55,656 bases of DNA from Nitrospirota bacterium (GCA_040758355.1 JBFLWF010000017.1:1-55656), one strand, 5' to 3'. Shown: positions 1 to 8,537, counted from the first letter of the stretch. The notes: generated from the sequence alone by a model not told the origin. Translations and numbers: made by a program.

Positions 1-127
1 TTTTACAACCGACAGAGGAGACAGGCAAAGCTGGGGTATCTATCCCCTGTTGCTTATGAGAAAAAGTTTTATCAAACGAGGATTGCAGCATGAGTGAATT
101 GGTATCCACTATTGACATCCGACCTCA
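1..127 (+). mobile_element. Right end of IS3-family element (transposase OrfB C-terminus to stop at 93, terminal IR 101-127)
   Basis: Frame 1 reads FYNRQRRQAKLGYLSPVAYE...*, a typical IS3 OrfB end. Followed by GGTATCCACTATTGACATCCGACCTCA ending in CA, similar to the IR at 2158-2184. Confidence 0.8.
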
Positions 128-372
128 GTCAAAGAAAACGCATCTCATGCGGAGATTAATTCTCAAAAAAAATCAGGCGGAGGGGAAACAATATTGGAGG
201 TTAATAAGAAAAACAATAAGACTGATTACTTCTATAAGATGTATGATGCAAAAGTTACTCAGGATAATAAAGCACATAAAATCAAAACAGGGGAAACTTC
301 TAAAAAACCAATACCTAATTCAAACGTAATAACACAAAAACCTAACATGCCTCTAAAAAAGTGATATTTAGT

Positions 373-1193
373 TGAAATAGTTTAGACTTAATCTGACACT
401 CCTTGATAAAATGGATGCAAACCAAAAAGGAGGAGATCAGATGACAGTGGAGCAGAAGATCATAAGAACAAGGTTGGATTATTGGAGTTGGCAAAGCACC
501 TGGGGAATGTCTCGCAGGCATGCAAGGTTTTTGGGTATTCCCGGGACAGCTTTTACCGGTTCAAGTAGCTCTATGAGACCGGCGGGGAGTTAGCCCTTCA
601 TGAGATAAGCCGTAAAAAAGCCTGTGTGAAAAACAGGGTGTCGGCAGAATCTATCAGCAGACATTTATCGATACTTACAGCAAAGTGGCAATGGCAAAAC
701 TCTATGACCGGAAGAATGCACTTGTCGCAGCGGATATGCTCAATGATCGTGTTCTGCCTTTCTTTGAAGAACACGATATTCCGTTATTGAGGGTACTCAC
801 AGACAGGAGATCGGAATACTGCGGCAACATGGAACATCATGAGTATCAGCTGTATCTTGCGGTAGAAGACATCGACCACAGCAAGACGAAAGCGAGATCA
901 CCACAGAGCAATGGAATCTGCGAGAGGTTCCACAGGACGATACTTGATGAGTTCTACAGAGTGGCTTTCAGGAAAAAGGTGTACACCTCGATAGAGGATC
1001 TCCAGAAGGATCTGGACAAATGGATAGCCGAATATAACGAGCAGAGGACTCATAGCGGCAAATATTGCTATGGCAAGACCCCAATGCAAACGTTTAAAGA
1101 TTCTTTGCCTTTGGCGAAGGAGAAAATGCTGTCCAACTTACAGTCGGCAGCATAATTTGAGAGGAGTTGTCAGATCAAGTCTTGACAATTACA
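373..1193 (+). mobile_element. Internally deleted IS481-family element with pseudogenised transposase (441-1155)
   Basis: Imperfect IRs TGAAATAGTTTAGACTTAATCTGACA / TGTCAGATCAAGTCTTGACAATTACA; ATTTAGT direct repeat at 366-372 and 1194-1200; rve/DDE C-terminus (SPQSNGICERFHRT); N-terminus frameshifted with an in-frame stop. Confidence 0.85.
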
Positions 1194-1199
1194 ATTTAG

Positions 1200-1976
1200 T
1201 CAATCATTGTCATGATATATATTCCCGTGGAGAGATGAATACGCAGGGTCATGTATTGTATCGCCTAATTCGGTATGCGCTTTAGCATAAATGCTGTCTT
1301 CGTATGCTCTTTTTTTTACAGACCTATAAGACCGCATTGTTATAGCGGCAATTATTATCGCTACTACCCCGCATCCTATAATTAACGCTATTGCTTGTGC
1401 CTGTGTTACTCCCAGATACTTCATTGGTAAATCTGGGCTGAAAAACACAAAACCAATTGCTACAAGGAAAAGCATGATGCACATTCCGATTAAAATCTCT
1501 ACTTTGGAAGGCATTTCATTTTCGGCATTGCTTGTACAATATAATGCCTTTCCCTCACAATCGCCTTCTGCTTTCACCCCATATCCCCTCGCCGCAATCC
1601 TCATATTCACATCAGTAGTAAGCACGGTCACGCTGTCAGTATTGGCGGCTTCCTTTTTCAGTGCCTCGGCAGTTCCTACAATCTTATTATCGGCTATATT
1701 GTCCAAAGTGTCAATAGGGGTGTACTTTCTGGCCAGCTTGAAAACAGACCCATTTGGCATGGTTATGCCGGTTACGGGGTCACCTCTGGCCGTTATCTCA
1801 TCGAGAATCCGAGATGCCCTCCGTGCCTTCGTAGCAACATCGGTATTGACGCTTTTCTTTAGACCGTCTAACTGCCTTAAAACGGTTATCGGCACTGCAA
1901 TTAATCCCTTGAGGTCATAAACAAGACGGGGGTTGTCAATCAAAACAGTGGTGTCAAGGACATAGACTTTGTTCAT
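1200..1976 (-). CDS. PIN-domain (PhoH-N-like) protein with two C-terminal transmembrane helices
   Basis: VYVLDTTVLID, LRQLDGLK, ADNKI and LTTDVNMRIAA PIN motifs; two hydrophobic stretches; RBS AGGAGG. Confidence 0.8.
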   Translation of the reverse strand: MNKVYVLDTTVLIDNPRLVYDLKGLIAVPITVLRQLDGLKKSVNTDVATKARRASRILDEITARGDPVTGITMPNGSVFKLARKYTPIDTLDNIADNKIVGTAEALKKEAANTDSVTVLTTDVNMRIAARGYGVKAEGDCEGKALYCTSNAENEMPSKVEILIGMCIMLFLVAIGFVFFSPDLPMKYLGVTQAQAIALIIGCGVVAIIIAAITMRSYRSVKKRAYEDSIYAKAHTELGDTIHDPAYSSLHGNIYHDND

Positions 1977-2007
1977 GGTGAACCTCCTATGATTTTATAG
2001 ATCTGAA

Positions 2008-2184
2008 TTCGGATAGCTGAGCCGCAGTATCTTTATCATCGCGCACCTCGCTGCGACTCCTTTGCAAAGTACGCTGCTGCTTTTTTTAATATATCCCTCT
2101 CCATACGGTATTCTTTCCATCCTGACACCTCCATGGAGTTATTTTACCTCGTCTTTTGGTGTCCACCCTTTTCAGCTTAGCTCA
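2008..2184 (-). mobile_element. IS3-family left-end remnant (IRL, deleted orfA, A7G slippery site, start of orfB)
   Basis: Minus strand starts TGAGCTAAGCTGAAAAGGGTGGACACC; encodes MERDILKKAAAYFAKES (orfA end) with AAAAAAAG at 2080-2087, then MIKILRLSYP. Left boundary approximate. Confidence 0.7.
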
Positions 2185-3129
2185 GGCAGCAGAGAGGTTA
2201 AAGTTATTGGTCAGAAAGACTAAAGTCTTTTTGGTTTCATCATCGTAGTATTCTATAAGCCTTAGTTCTTTTGGATAAAGCTCTCTGGTTTTGACTCCAT
2301 TTAGACGAATGATAGAGTCGGAGACAACACCTTTTGCGGTAACTGGATGCTGTCCGGCAACAGTATAATCTATATTGGATTTAGCACGGGTCACAAACCA
2401 TATACGATTATTATTCAATGAATTCAAATAATAATAGTCTATATATGCCCTGTCTATGGAAACTATGCTGTCCGATAAGATGGGAAAAGAAGTCTCTTTT
2501 ACCACACGGACATCGGATGTTTTTCCATCGGTTATAACAAGAAATGATGGCAATGCCCCTGAATGTTCATACAGACAGTGCATCTTTACTGCTCCTTTGG
2601 TCTTTCTGAACTTTGCCAGGGGAATGCTGAAAGGCATAAATCTATGGTGGTGGCATCAATAGTATATAAAGGGTTTTTAAAACGGAACCTGTGTTTTGGA
2701 GTCAAATCACGACAGCGGGAAAGAAGATGATAGAACGATTCCTCAAATATCCGATAGTCCCTTTTGCTATTGGCATCAGAGAGGGTGCTTCTTTTAACGG
2801 ATTGGAGACCAATGTGATACCACTTGGCAAATTGCGTTGTAAGACCTGCCTCAATGTCTCTAAGACTATCTTTTTGCTTGATTTGGGAATAGAGTATTGT
2901 GATAAACTGCTGCCATGTAGAAAAGGTTTTCATATAACGGTCTCCTTGGTATCGTTCTACAGCTTTTTCAAATTGATATCTCGGATAAAGTTTCAAGAGT
3001 TCAGAAAATATAGTTCCAAGTTTGTGCATGGCTTATTCCTCCTTGTTGGTATTGGGTTTTGATAACTCCAATTATCCAACAAAAAAGATGAATAAGCCAT
3101 GCTTTTTAAATTTTTAGCGGACACTACTG
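2185..3129 (-). mobile_element. IS4-family element; transposase (start 3029) frameshifted near 2617 and truncated by the IS3 end
   Basis: DUF4372-like N-terminus (QKDSLRDIE, STLSDAN), IDATTIDL and DRAYID motifs split over two frames; left end CAGTAGTGTCCG at 3118-3129. Confidence 0.85.
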
Positions 3130-3226
3130 GTGTTTTATAGTAAATTTATGGTGTATTATGGTACGTTTCCGGATGAAGTTCCGTATATGCTTTCACTCTT
3201 TCCAGTTATGGTAATTATATCATGAG

Positions 3227-3413
3227 CGTCATAAAATCGTAATAAATTGATACACAAAAGGGGTTATTAATGCAAAATCATAAATAGATATTGATAGCTT
3301 AAAAGCCTTATTAAATCTTGATTTGCGGGTATTTGCAAAGCCTTTATGAGTCTATTGTTTATGTTTCCTAAACCTGGTGCCGCAGGTTCGACTCCTGCAG
3401 GGGGCACTTTAAT
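3227..3413 (+). repeat. attR-like site A containing the 3' half of tRNA-Arg(CCT) (3365-3407)
   Basis: TTCCTAA anticodon loop, GGTTCGACTCC T-arm and GGGGGCAC acceptor 3' strand with no 5' half; preceded by arm-like direct repeat CGTCATAAAA/TCGTAATAAA. Confidence 0.75.
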
Positions 3414-3756
3414 TCTTTCTTGCTGTTATGTTTCTATTAATTCCTCTGGATAGCAAATAAACCACAAGTTGATTCAAACTAACCCCTTCATCTTTTGCTT
3501 TTTCCATTAGGGCCTTATGTAAAGACTTCGGAGTTCTGGCAAGTATTTTACCGCTATATATACTCTCAGTCGAAGGATGCGGAATCTTTCTGCCTTCTCT
3601 CTTTGCGGTCTTTATCCATAATTCCTGAGCGATTTTTACCTGCTTTATAGCCTCCTCCTCTGTTTCGCCGAATGCGGAACATCCCGGCAAATCAGGAATA
3701 ACCGCTATAAAGCCTTTATCTTCTTCGCTGTAAAAAACTTTTATTGGATAATGCAT
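3409..3756 (-). CDS. hicB: HicB-family antitoxin
   Basis: PDLPGCSAFGETEEEA and YSGKILARTPKSLH...GVSLNQ motifs; downstream of hicA. Confidence 0.9.
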   Translation of the reverse strand: MHYPIKVFYSEEDKGFIAVIPDLPGCSAFGETEEEAIKQVKIAQELWIKTAKREGRKIPHPSTESIYSGKILARTPKSLHKALMEKAKDEGVSLNQLVVYLLSRGINRNITARKN

Positions 3757-3758
3757 CT

Positions 3759-4013
3759 CTAATCCTCCTTTAATTTCAGGTCATATTCCTCAATAATTTT
3801 CAGGAACTGCTTTGTCTGATAAGGCTTTACCTTACCGTTAACATTCTGAAAATTTAATATTTCCTCAATACCCTTTTTTGTATAAACCTTATGACTTCCT
3901 TTACCGCCTTTATATACGAATCCAAAACCCTCTGCCAACTTACAAATATCGTCGAATCTGATATCCTGCGGGTTATTCTTAACCCTGCCGAAAAGCTTTT
4001 GCAACTTTCCCAT
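3759..4013 (-). CDS. hicA: HicA-family toxin (likely start ATG 4013)
   Basis: GGKGSH motif, KVKPYQ; promoter TTGAAT-18-TATTAT with a palindromic operator just upstream of ATG 4013. Confidence 0.9.
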   Translation of the reverse strand: MGKLQKLFGRVKNNPQDIRFDDICKLAEGFGFVYKGGKGSHKVYTKKGIEEILNFQNVNGKVKPYQTKQFLKIIEEYDLKLKED

Positions 4014-4086
4014 AAAAAATAATATCACATATGATAGCGCCTATTCAAATGGAATTTTCAAATAAAACGTGTTGTATCCCGAGTGG

Positions 4087-4226
4087 CGCTAACGAATTTT
4101 CATTTGTGAAAATTGACTATGCAAAATCTTTGCACGCTTTTTGAAGGGAAGGCTAAAGTTAAAATAGCTTTGAAATTTTAAAATTAGAATGCTAAAATCA
4201 GCCACACTGCAAACACCTTGTTAGAC
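4087..4226 (-). other. Degenerate attC-like integron recombination site
   Basis: Minus strand GTCTAAC 13 nt after the HNH stop through GTTAGCG; 140 bp; internal symmetry only partial. Confidence 0.55.
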
Positions 4227-4239
4227 ATTAAAATCTCTT

Positions 4240-5304
4240 TTACAACTGCCCAGAAGATATAACAGATTTGGCAAATTCGTCAGCTTTATCCAATGAAAAA
4301 TTATTTTCTTTGAGAGAGTATTTCCCGTCTTCCTCCTTGTTCAATAAATATGTAGTTACAAAATTCGAACATAGTGAGCTATCCACAGCAGTGGAGAGTT
4401 TTACCGCAAATAAACCCATATCGTGCAAACGTATTAGGCAGAATAGGCAATCATCTTTAAACACAAGAGCAAGCAAGTACGTAAATTTGATATCTCCGAT
4501 AACATCTATTCCTGGATAGATTCCATTCCACTGCAATACAGGCGCATGCTGCCAATAATTATGTGGATATTGCGTACTCTTTAAGATATATGCTCTGGTC
4601 GCATCAAGAGCAGCGCTGTAACGTCTTTCTTCAGGGAGTTTAGAAAGTGCGTATGTATAGCAAATTTTTGCAAGTCCTCGATTTCGATCTTCAGTATTCC
4701 AATCCAATGTAAACCCGACACGTGCTTCTCCTGATGCAATTGATGAAGCAATTGGCAATAATCCTTTATGATTTGCCCAAGCAGTGAACATCTCAAGCAA
4801 TTCCCGCCAAGGATTGGCAGCTATAATATCGCCGTCAGCCCAGAACGCAGCAAATTTCGAACTATTTGGAATACCATCAACAATACTATCAAAAAAAGTT
4901 GGCAAGATCGGTCGCTTTATCTCATTTGGCAGGAAATAATAACTTATTGGTACCCTCTGTTCATCTGTAAGGATTATTTGCATGGGTCTTTCAAGTCTTT
5001 GTGCTGCGAGTCCTACACGTATAGGTGGAAATCCAGGTTGCACACTTACTGTCAAAGGATGACCATGACGGTCAAATCCAAACACTGGTTCATTCCGTCT
5101 GCCTCGGATGCCTAAGTGTGCTCTAATCATGGCGATGAAATTCGAGCCTTTTAGAAAACGTTGTTCAAACGATCTATTACATTGTGTTTGACAGTCTTCG
5201 CAAGAGGCATTAGGCAAGACCAAATTACTACCCAGTGCTGCAGGAATGATGTGCTCATCAGTAAGATTATCCTTTTCTTTTAAGCAAAATATACACCGAG
5301 GCAT
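4240..5304 (-). CDS. HNH endonuclease (HNH_5-like N-terminus) with uncharacterised C-terminal domain
   Basis: RCIFC...TDEHIIPAALG...SCEDCQTQCN zinc-binding HNH motif. Confidence 0.8.
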   Translation of the reverse strand: MPRCIFCLKEKDNLTDEHIIPAALGSNLVLPNASCEDCQTQCNRSFEQRFLKGSNFIAMIRAHLGIRGRRNEPVFGFDRHGHPLTVSVQPGFPPIRVGLAAQRLERPMQIILTDEQRVPISYYFLPNEIKRPILPTFFDSIVDGIPNSSKFAAFWADGDIIAANPWRELLEMFTAWANHKGLLPIASSIASGEARVGFTLDWNTEDRNRGLAKICYTYALSKLPEERRYSAALDATRAYILKSTQYPHNYWQHAPVLQWNGIYPGIDVIGDIKFTYLLALVFKDDCLFCLIRLHDMGLFAVKLSTAVDSSLCSNFVTTYLLNKEEDGKYSLKENNFSLDKADEFAKSVISSGQL

Positions 5305-5329
5305 TGTTTTATCCTATTGCATTTTATAT

Positions 5330-5398
5330 ATCTAACATTGTCTTTTATCTCTATCCCATATTCCATAGCATTATATACCTACAGAAATAGAGAATCAA
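5330..5398 (-). promoter_or_regulatory. Sigma70 promoter (TTGATT-17-TATAAT) followed by attI-like site ATAAAAG-ACAAT-GTTAGAT
   Basis: -35 at 5393-5398, -10 at 5370-5375; GTTAGAT at 5330-5336 upstream of the HNH start. Confidence 0.55.
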
Positions 5399-5507
5399 GG
5401 ATTGCGGGCAAGATGCTATTGGCATTTTAGCCGGTTGTCCGGCTTTTTGTTCCAATCACATAAACAGAGCGTCCAGACTAAAAAACCATCATTTATATAA
5501 ATCTGCA

Positions 5508-5822
5508 TTAAACAGCAGCCGGATGAAGCTCCGTATATGCCCTCACCTTTTCCAGCGCCTTTTTCTTTTTCTCCTTGACCCTGTAAAGCTCATACTGCGT
5601 TTGCAAGTTAATCCATAGCTCCTCTGATGTGCCAAAATACCTTGAAAGCCTCACCGCCATTTCAGGACTAATACCCCTCTTGTGGTTTATAATCTCGTTT
5701 ATCGTTCTAAATGTCGTATCAAGGTCTTTAGCAAGCTGAGTCTGCGATATCCCCAACGGCTCCATAAACTCATGGAATAAAATATCGCCCGGATGAGTGG
5801 GTTCTCTTTTAATGTCAAACAT
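5508..5822 (-). CDS. higA: HigA-family antitoxin (HTH)
   Basis: PTHPGDIL, ISPEMAVRLSRYFGTS, WINLQ motifs. Confidence 0.92.
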   Translation of the reverse strand: MFDIKREPTHPGDILFHEFMEPLGISQTQLAKDLDTTFRTINEIINHKRGISPEMAVRLSRYFGTSEELWINLQTQYELYRVKEKKKKALEKVRAYTELHPAAV

Positions 5823-5838
5823 ACTATTTGCCTCCTTT

Positions 5839-6120
5839 TCAGTGGTAATCGGTTATTTCTACTTCGTAAGCATCATGATCTTGCCATTTAAAGACTATTC
5901 TGTACTGGTCATTGATTCTGATGCTGTGCTTCCCTTTGTATTTCCCCTTTAGCATCTCCAGCCTATTTCCCGGTGGTCTTTTGAGATCGTCTAATCTTTT
6001 AGTCGCATTTAAATAATCCAGTTTCCGGATAGCGACATTACAAACACCTAAAGGGAATTTTTTACTTTTCCCTGTCATATAGAGTTGTTCAGTCTCTTTG
6101 TCTTTAAATGACCTAATCAC
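5839..6120 (-). CDS. higB: HigB/RelE-family toxin
   Basis: MIRSFKDKETE, PPGNRLE, HSIRINDQYRIVF, VEITDYH. Confidence 0.92.
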   Translation of the reverse strand: MIRSFKDKETEQLYMTGKSKKFPLGVCNVAIRKLDYLNATKRLDDLKRPPGNRLEMLKGKYKGKHSIRINDQYRIVFKWQDHDAYEVEITDYH

Positions 6121-6164
6121 TTTATACTAATATAACACATATAGTTATAAAACACAAATCTTAC

Positions 6165-6246
6165 CGTCATAAAATCGTAATAAATTCATTCCAAAAATGA
6201 GCTATTATTGCAAAAATATAAACCGCAGGTTCGATTCCCGCAGGGC
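6165..6246 (+). repeat. attR-like site B (shortened copy of site A)
   Basis: CGTCATAAAATCGTAATAAATT identical to 3227-3248, then CCGCAGGTTCGATTCCCGCAGGG. Confidence 0.75.
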
Positions 6247-6290
6247 AGAGCATGATGTATTTTTAATCACGGTATGATATATTATCTATC

Positions 6291-7535
6291 ATGACATCGA
6301 AAAATATTTATAAACCGCGGTGGCTTGCCGATAAACTTAGGTCTGCTGCGGAGTTCTCTCCTGTAATAGTCCTTTCCGGCGCAAGGCAAACAGGCAAAAG
6401 CACGCTCCTTCAAAATGAGCATCCGTTCAAGGACTGGCACTATATCACTTTTGATGACCTCGATACCCTTGCTATGGCTCAAAAAAGGCCTGACGAAATC
6501 CTTGCCATATCACATAACATGGTTGTTGACGAAGTGCAAAAGGCCCCCAAATTTCTGCATGCAGTCAAAAAAGCGGTTGATAAAGACAGATCGAGAAGGA
6601 TAGTCCTTTCAGGCTCGGCAAAACTTATCCTGATGAAGAGCGTCTCGGAGAGCCTTGCAGGCAGGGCAGCATACTTCGACCTAATGCCGTTCAGCTATGG
6701 CGAGTTTATGGAACGGAAGTACAGCGGCTGGCTCGAATCGTTTATTGAAACAGGCCGCTTGCCGTCATTGAAGATAAAAGAGTATACATTTGGGCAAAAG
6801 AGCGGAGATATCATCAGAATCCTTTTCAGGGGCTTCATGCCTCCTGCGACTTTTCTGGAAAAGGAAGAGCACATTTCTGCATGGTGGAGAGGATATATAA
6901 AGACATATCTTGAGCGTGATCTGAGAGATATTTCTGAAATATCGTATCTCCCGGACTTTAGAAAGATGATGGAACTGCTCGCTCTAAGGACGGCGAACAT
7001 CCTTAAACAGAGCGATATGGCGAGGGATACGGGGTTATCCCATGCTACTGCGGGACGGTATATCAATATCCTTGAGGAAACAGGCCTTGTGGCAAGGGTC
7101 AGGCCTTACTCCAAAAACATATCCAAAAGGCTCATAAAAGCGCCGAAGATTTTTATAACAGATCCCGGGCTTGCAGCCTCGCTCGGAGGATTCACCACAG
7201 CGGCCTCTATACCTGAAGGATTCAGAGGGGCTCTGCTTGAATCATACGTATTTTTAAATCTGACAGTCATGGCGTCACTTATCGAAGGAGATGTAATGTA
7301 TTTCAGGACACAGGGAGGAAAGGAACGGGAAGTCGATTTCGTATTGGAAAAAGGCAACAGGATAATCGGCGTTGAGGTTAAACTTGCTAACACTGTTTCT
7401 ATGAAGGACATTGAAAGCTTGTTGTTTCTGAAGGATGCGGCAAAGAGGTTTGCAGGCGGCCTTATCATATATTCCGGCTCTGAAATAAAACAGCTTACAG
7501 CAAATATCTTTGCCGTTCCGTGGAGTATATTCTAA
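6291..7535 (+). CDS. AAA_14 ATPase with DUF4143 / C-terminal PD-(D/E)XK-like domain
   Basis: GARQTGKST Walker A, VVDEVQ Walker B, TYLERD, EVDFVLE...GVEVK. Confidence 0.88.
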   Translation: MTSKNIYKPRWLADKLRSAAEFSPVIVLSGARQTGKSTLLQNEHPFKDWHYITFDDLDTLAMAQKRPDEILAISHNMVVDEVQKAPKFLHAVKKAVDKDRSRRIVLSGSAKLILMKSVSESLAGRAAYFDLMPFSYGEFMERKYSGWLESFIETGRLPSLKIKEYTFGQKSGDIIRILFRGFMPPATFLEKEEHISAWWRGYIKTYLERDLRDISEISYLPDFRKMMELLALRTANILKQSDMARDTGLSHATAGRYINILEETGLVARVRPYSKNISKRLIKAPKIFITDPGLAASLGGFTTAASIPEGFRGALLESYVFLNLTVMASLIEGDVMYFRTQGGKEREVDFVLEKGNRIIGVEVKLANTVSMKDIESLLFLKDAAKRFAGGLIIYSGSEIKQLTANIFAVPWSIF

Positions 7536-7544
7536 TCTGAGATG

Positions 7545-7607
7545 AAAATGAGCTATTATTGCAAAAACATAAACCGCAGGTTCGACCCCTGCAGGGGGCA
7601 CTTTAAT
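7545..7607 (+). repeat. attR-like site C
   Basis: AAAATGAGCTATTATTGCAAAAA shared with site B; CCGCAGGTTCGACCCCTGCAGGGGGCACTTTAAT near-identical to site A. Confidence 0.75.
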
Positions 7608-7615
7608 CGCCGCAT

Positions 7616-7646
7616 AAAAAAAGCCCCTCCCTATTCAGGGAGGGGC
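7616..7646 (-). terminator. Rho-independent terminator
   Basis: Perfect 10-bp stem GCCCCTCCCT/AGGGAGGGGC followed by T7 on the minus strand. Confidence 0.85.
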
Positions 7647-7658
7647 ACGATGGATACA

Positions 7659-7952
7659 TTAAAGTTTCGGGGAGACTTTAGGATAGTAGGCACTTGTAGC
7701 GTCGCTTGCGCTTCTGCCTGTTGATTTTGTATCCACCTTTGCACTAATATTAGGGGAGACCGCGGGATGGTAGGTAGCGATGTCGGTTTTACGCTCGCTT
7801 CCTGCCTTTGTATCTACTTTTCCGCTGATGTTTGGCGACACTGCCGGATAGTAGGTGCCTGCGGTCCCAAAATCAGCCGCATGCGAAGTTGTTACAAAGG
7901 CTACTGCCATGGCGATAACGCCTGCTACGAGATAAGATCTCTTTCCTTTCAT
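7659..7952 (-). CDS. Small secreted protein with three Y-x-P-x-V-S-P repeats (97 aa)
   Basis: RBS GAGGAGG; signal peptide MKGKRSYLVAGVIAMAVAFVTTSHA; repeats TYYPAVSPNISGKVDTK, TYHPAVSPNISAKVDTK, AYYPKVSPKL; terminator downstream. Confidence 0.8.
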   Translation of the reverse strand: MKGKRSYLVAGVIAMAVAFVTTSHAADFGTAGTYYPAVSPNISGKVDTKAGSERKTDIATYHPAVSPNISAKVDTKSTGRSASDATSAYYPKVSPKL

Positions 7953-8089
7953 GGTTTTTTCCTCCTCTACTCTTTTTGTGATGCAGCATCCTCCACGATT
8001 CTGTTGGAGTTGCTTCCCGTCGTCCGAAGCAGAAGACAGGATTGCATTCACCATGATTAAAGTTTATACTAACAGCACAACTCCGTAAA

Positions 8090-8117
8090 ATGATTGAAAT
8101 CATATGATTTAAGTCAT
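8090..8117. promoter_or_regulatory. Tandem ATGAT-N4-(A/G)TCAT palindromes (Crp/Fnr-like boxes)
   Basis: ATGATTGAAATCAT + ATGATTTAAGTCAT; same motif at 15989-16002. Confidence 0.5.
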
Positions 8118-8210
8118 AATTCGTTATCCTTCAATATGGCGAACAAAAGCAGGAATAATAATAGATACCATCACACTCGCATGGAAATAATTAGATCATA
8201 GCACTGCATT

Positions 8211-8306
8211 CTTTGCATTTCTGCAAATAATTTTGCAGAAATGCAAAGACCTACGACCAAACACCTCCAAGAAAATCAATGACTTAGTTCTGGCAAGGAT
8301 TATGCT
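8211..8306 (+). promoter_or_regulatory. Sigma54-type promoter (8291-8306) with upstream perfect 17-bp inverted repeat (8211-8248)
   Basis: TGGCAAGGATTATGCT has GG-N10-GC spacing; CTTTGCATTTCTGCAAA-TAAT-TTTGCAGAAATGCAAAG. Confidence 0.6.
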
Positions 8307-8343
8307 TATTATTTTCAAAAAACAAAGATGGAGGAATGCGAGG

Positions 8344-8499
8344 ATGAAAGCATATGCAGAAAATTTTGATGAGGAGAATTTTTGTCCCTTTACACTGGAA
8401 CCGTTCGAGGATTGCAGTGTCTCAAGAAAAGAAAACAATAAAATATGTCCATTTGCCCTCGAACCCTGTTTTAAGGCAGCAACGTTAACTTATAAGTAA
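8344..8499 (+). CDS. 51-aa hypothetical protein with duplicated CPFxLEP motif
   Basis: GGAGG/GAGG upstream; NFCPFTLEPFEDC and KICPFALEPCF; lies behind the sigma54-like promoter. Confidence 0.55.
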   Translation: MKAYAENFDEENFCPFTLEPFEDCSVSRKENNKICPFALEPCFKAATLTYK

Positions 8500-8537
8500 A
8501 CAAATATATTCTTCTCTTCTTTCGGCTACATATTGAA

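Noticed and set aside
90..329. 79-aa ORF
   Set aside because: Starts within the IS3 end and reads through its IR; likely debris of an interrupted gene.
2586..2637. Programmed frameshift in the IS4 transposase
   Set aside because: No slippery motif; looks like a single-base loss (TGG GCA to TGG CA), and the gene is also truncated.
3365..3407. Complete tRNA-Arg gene
   Set aside because: Only the anticodon loop to acceptor 3' strand is present; no D-arm or 5' acceptor strand.
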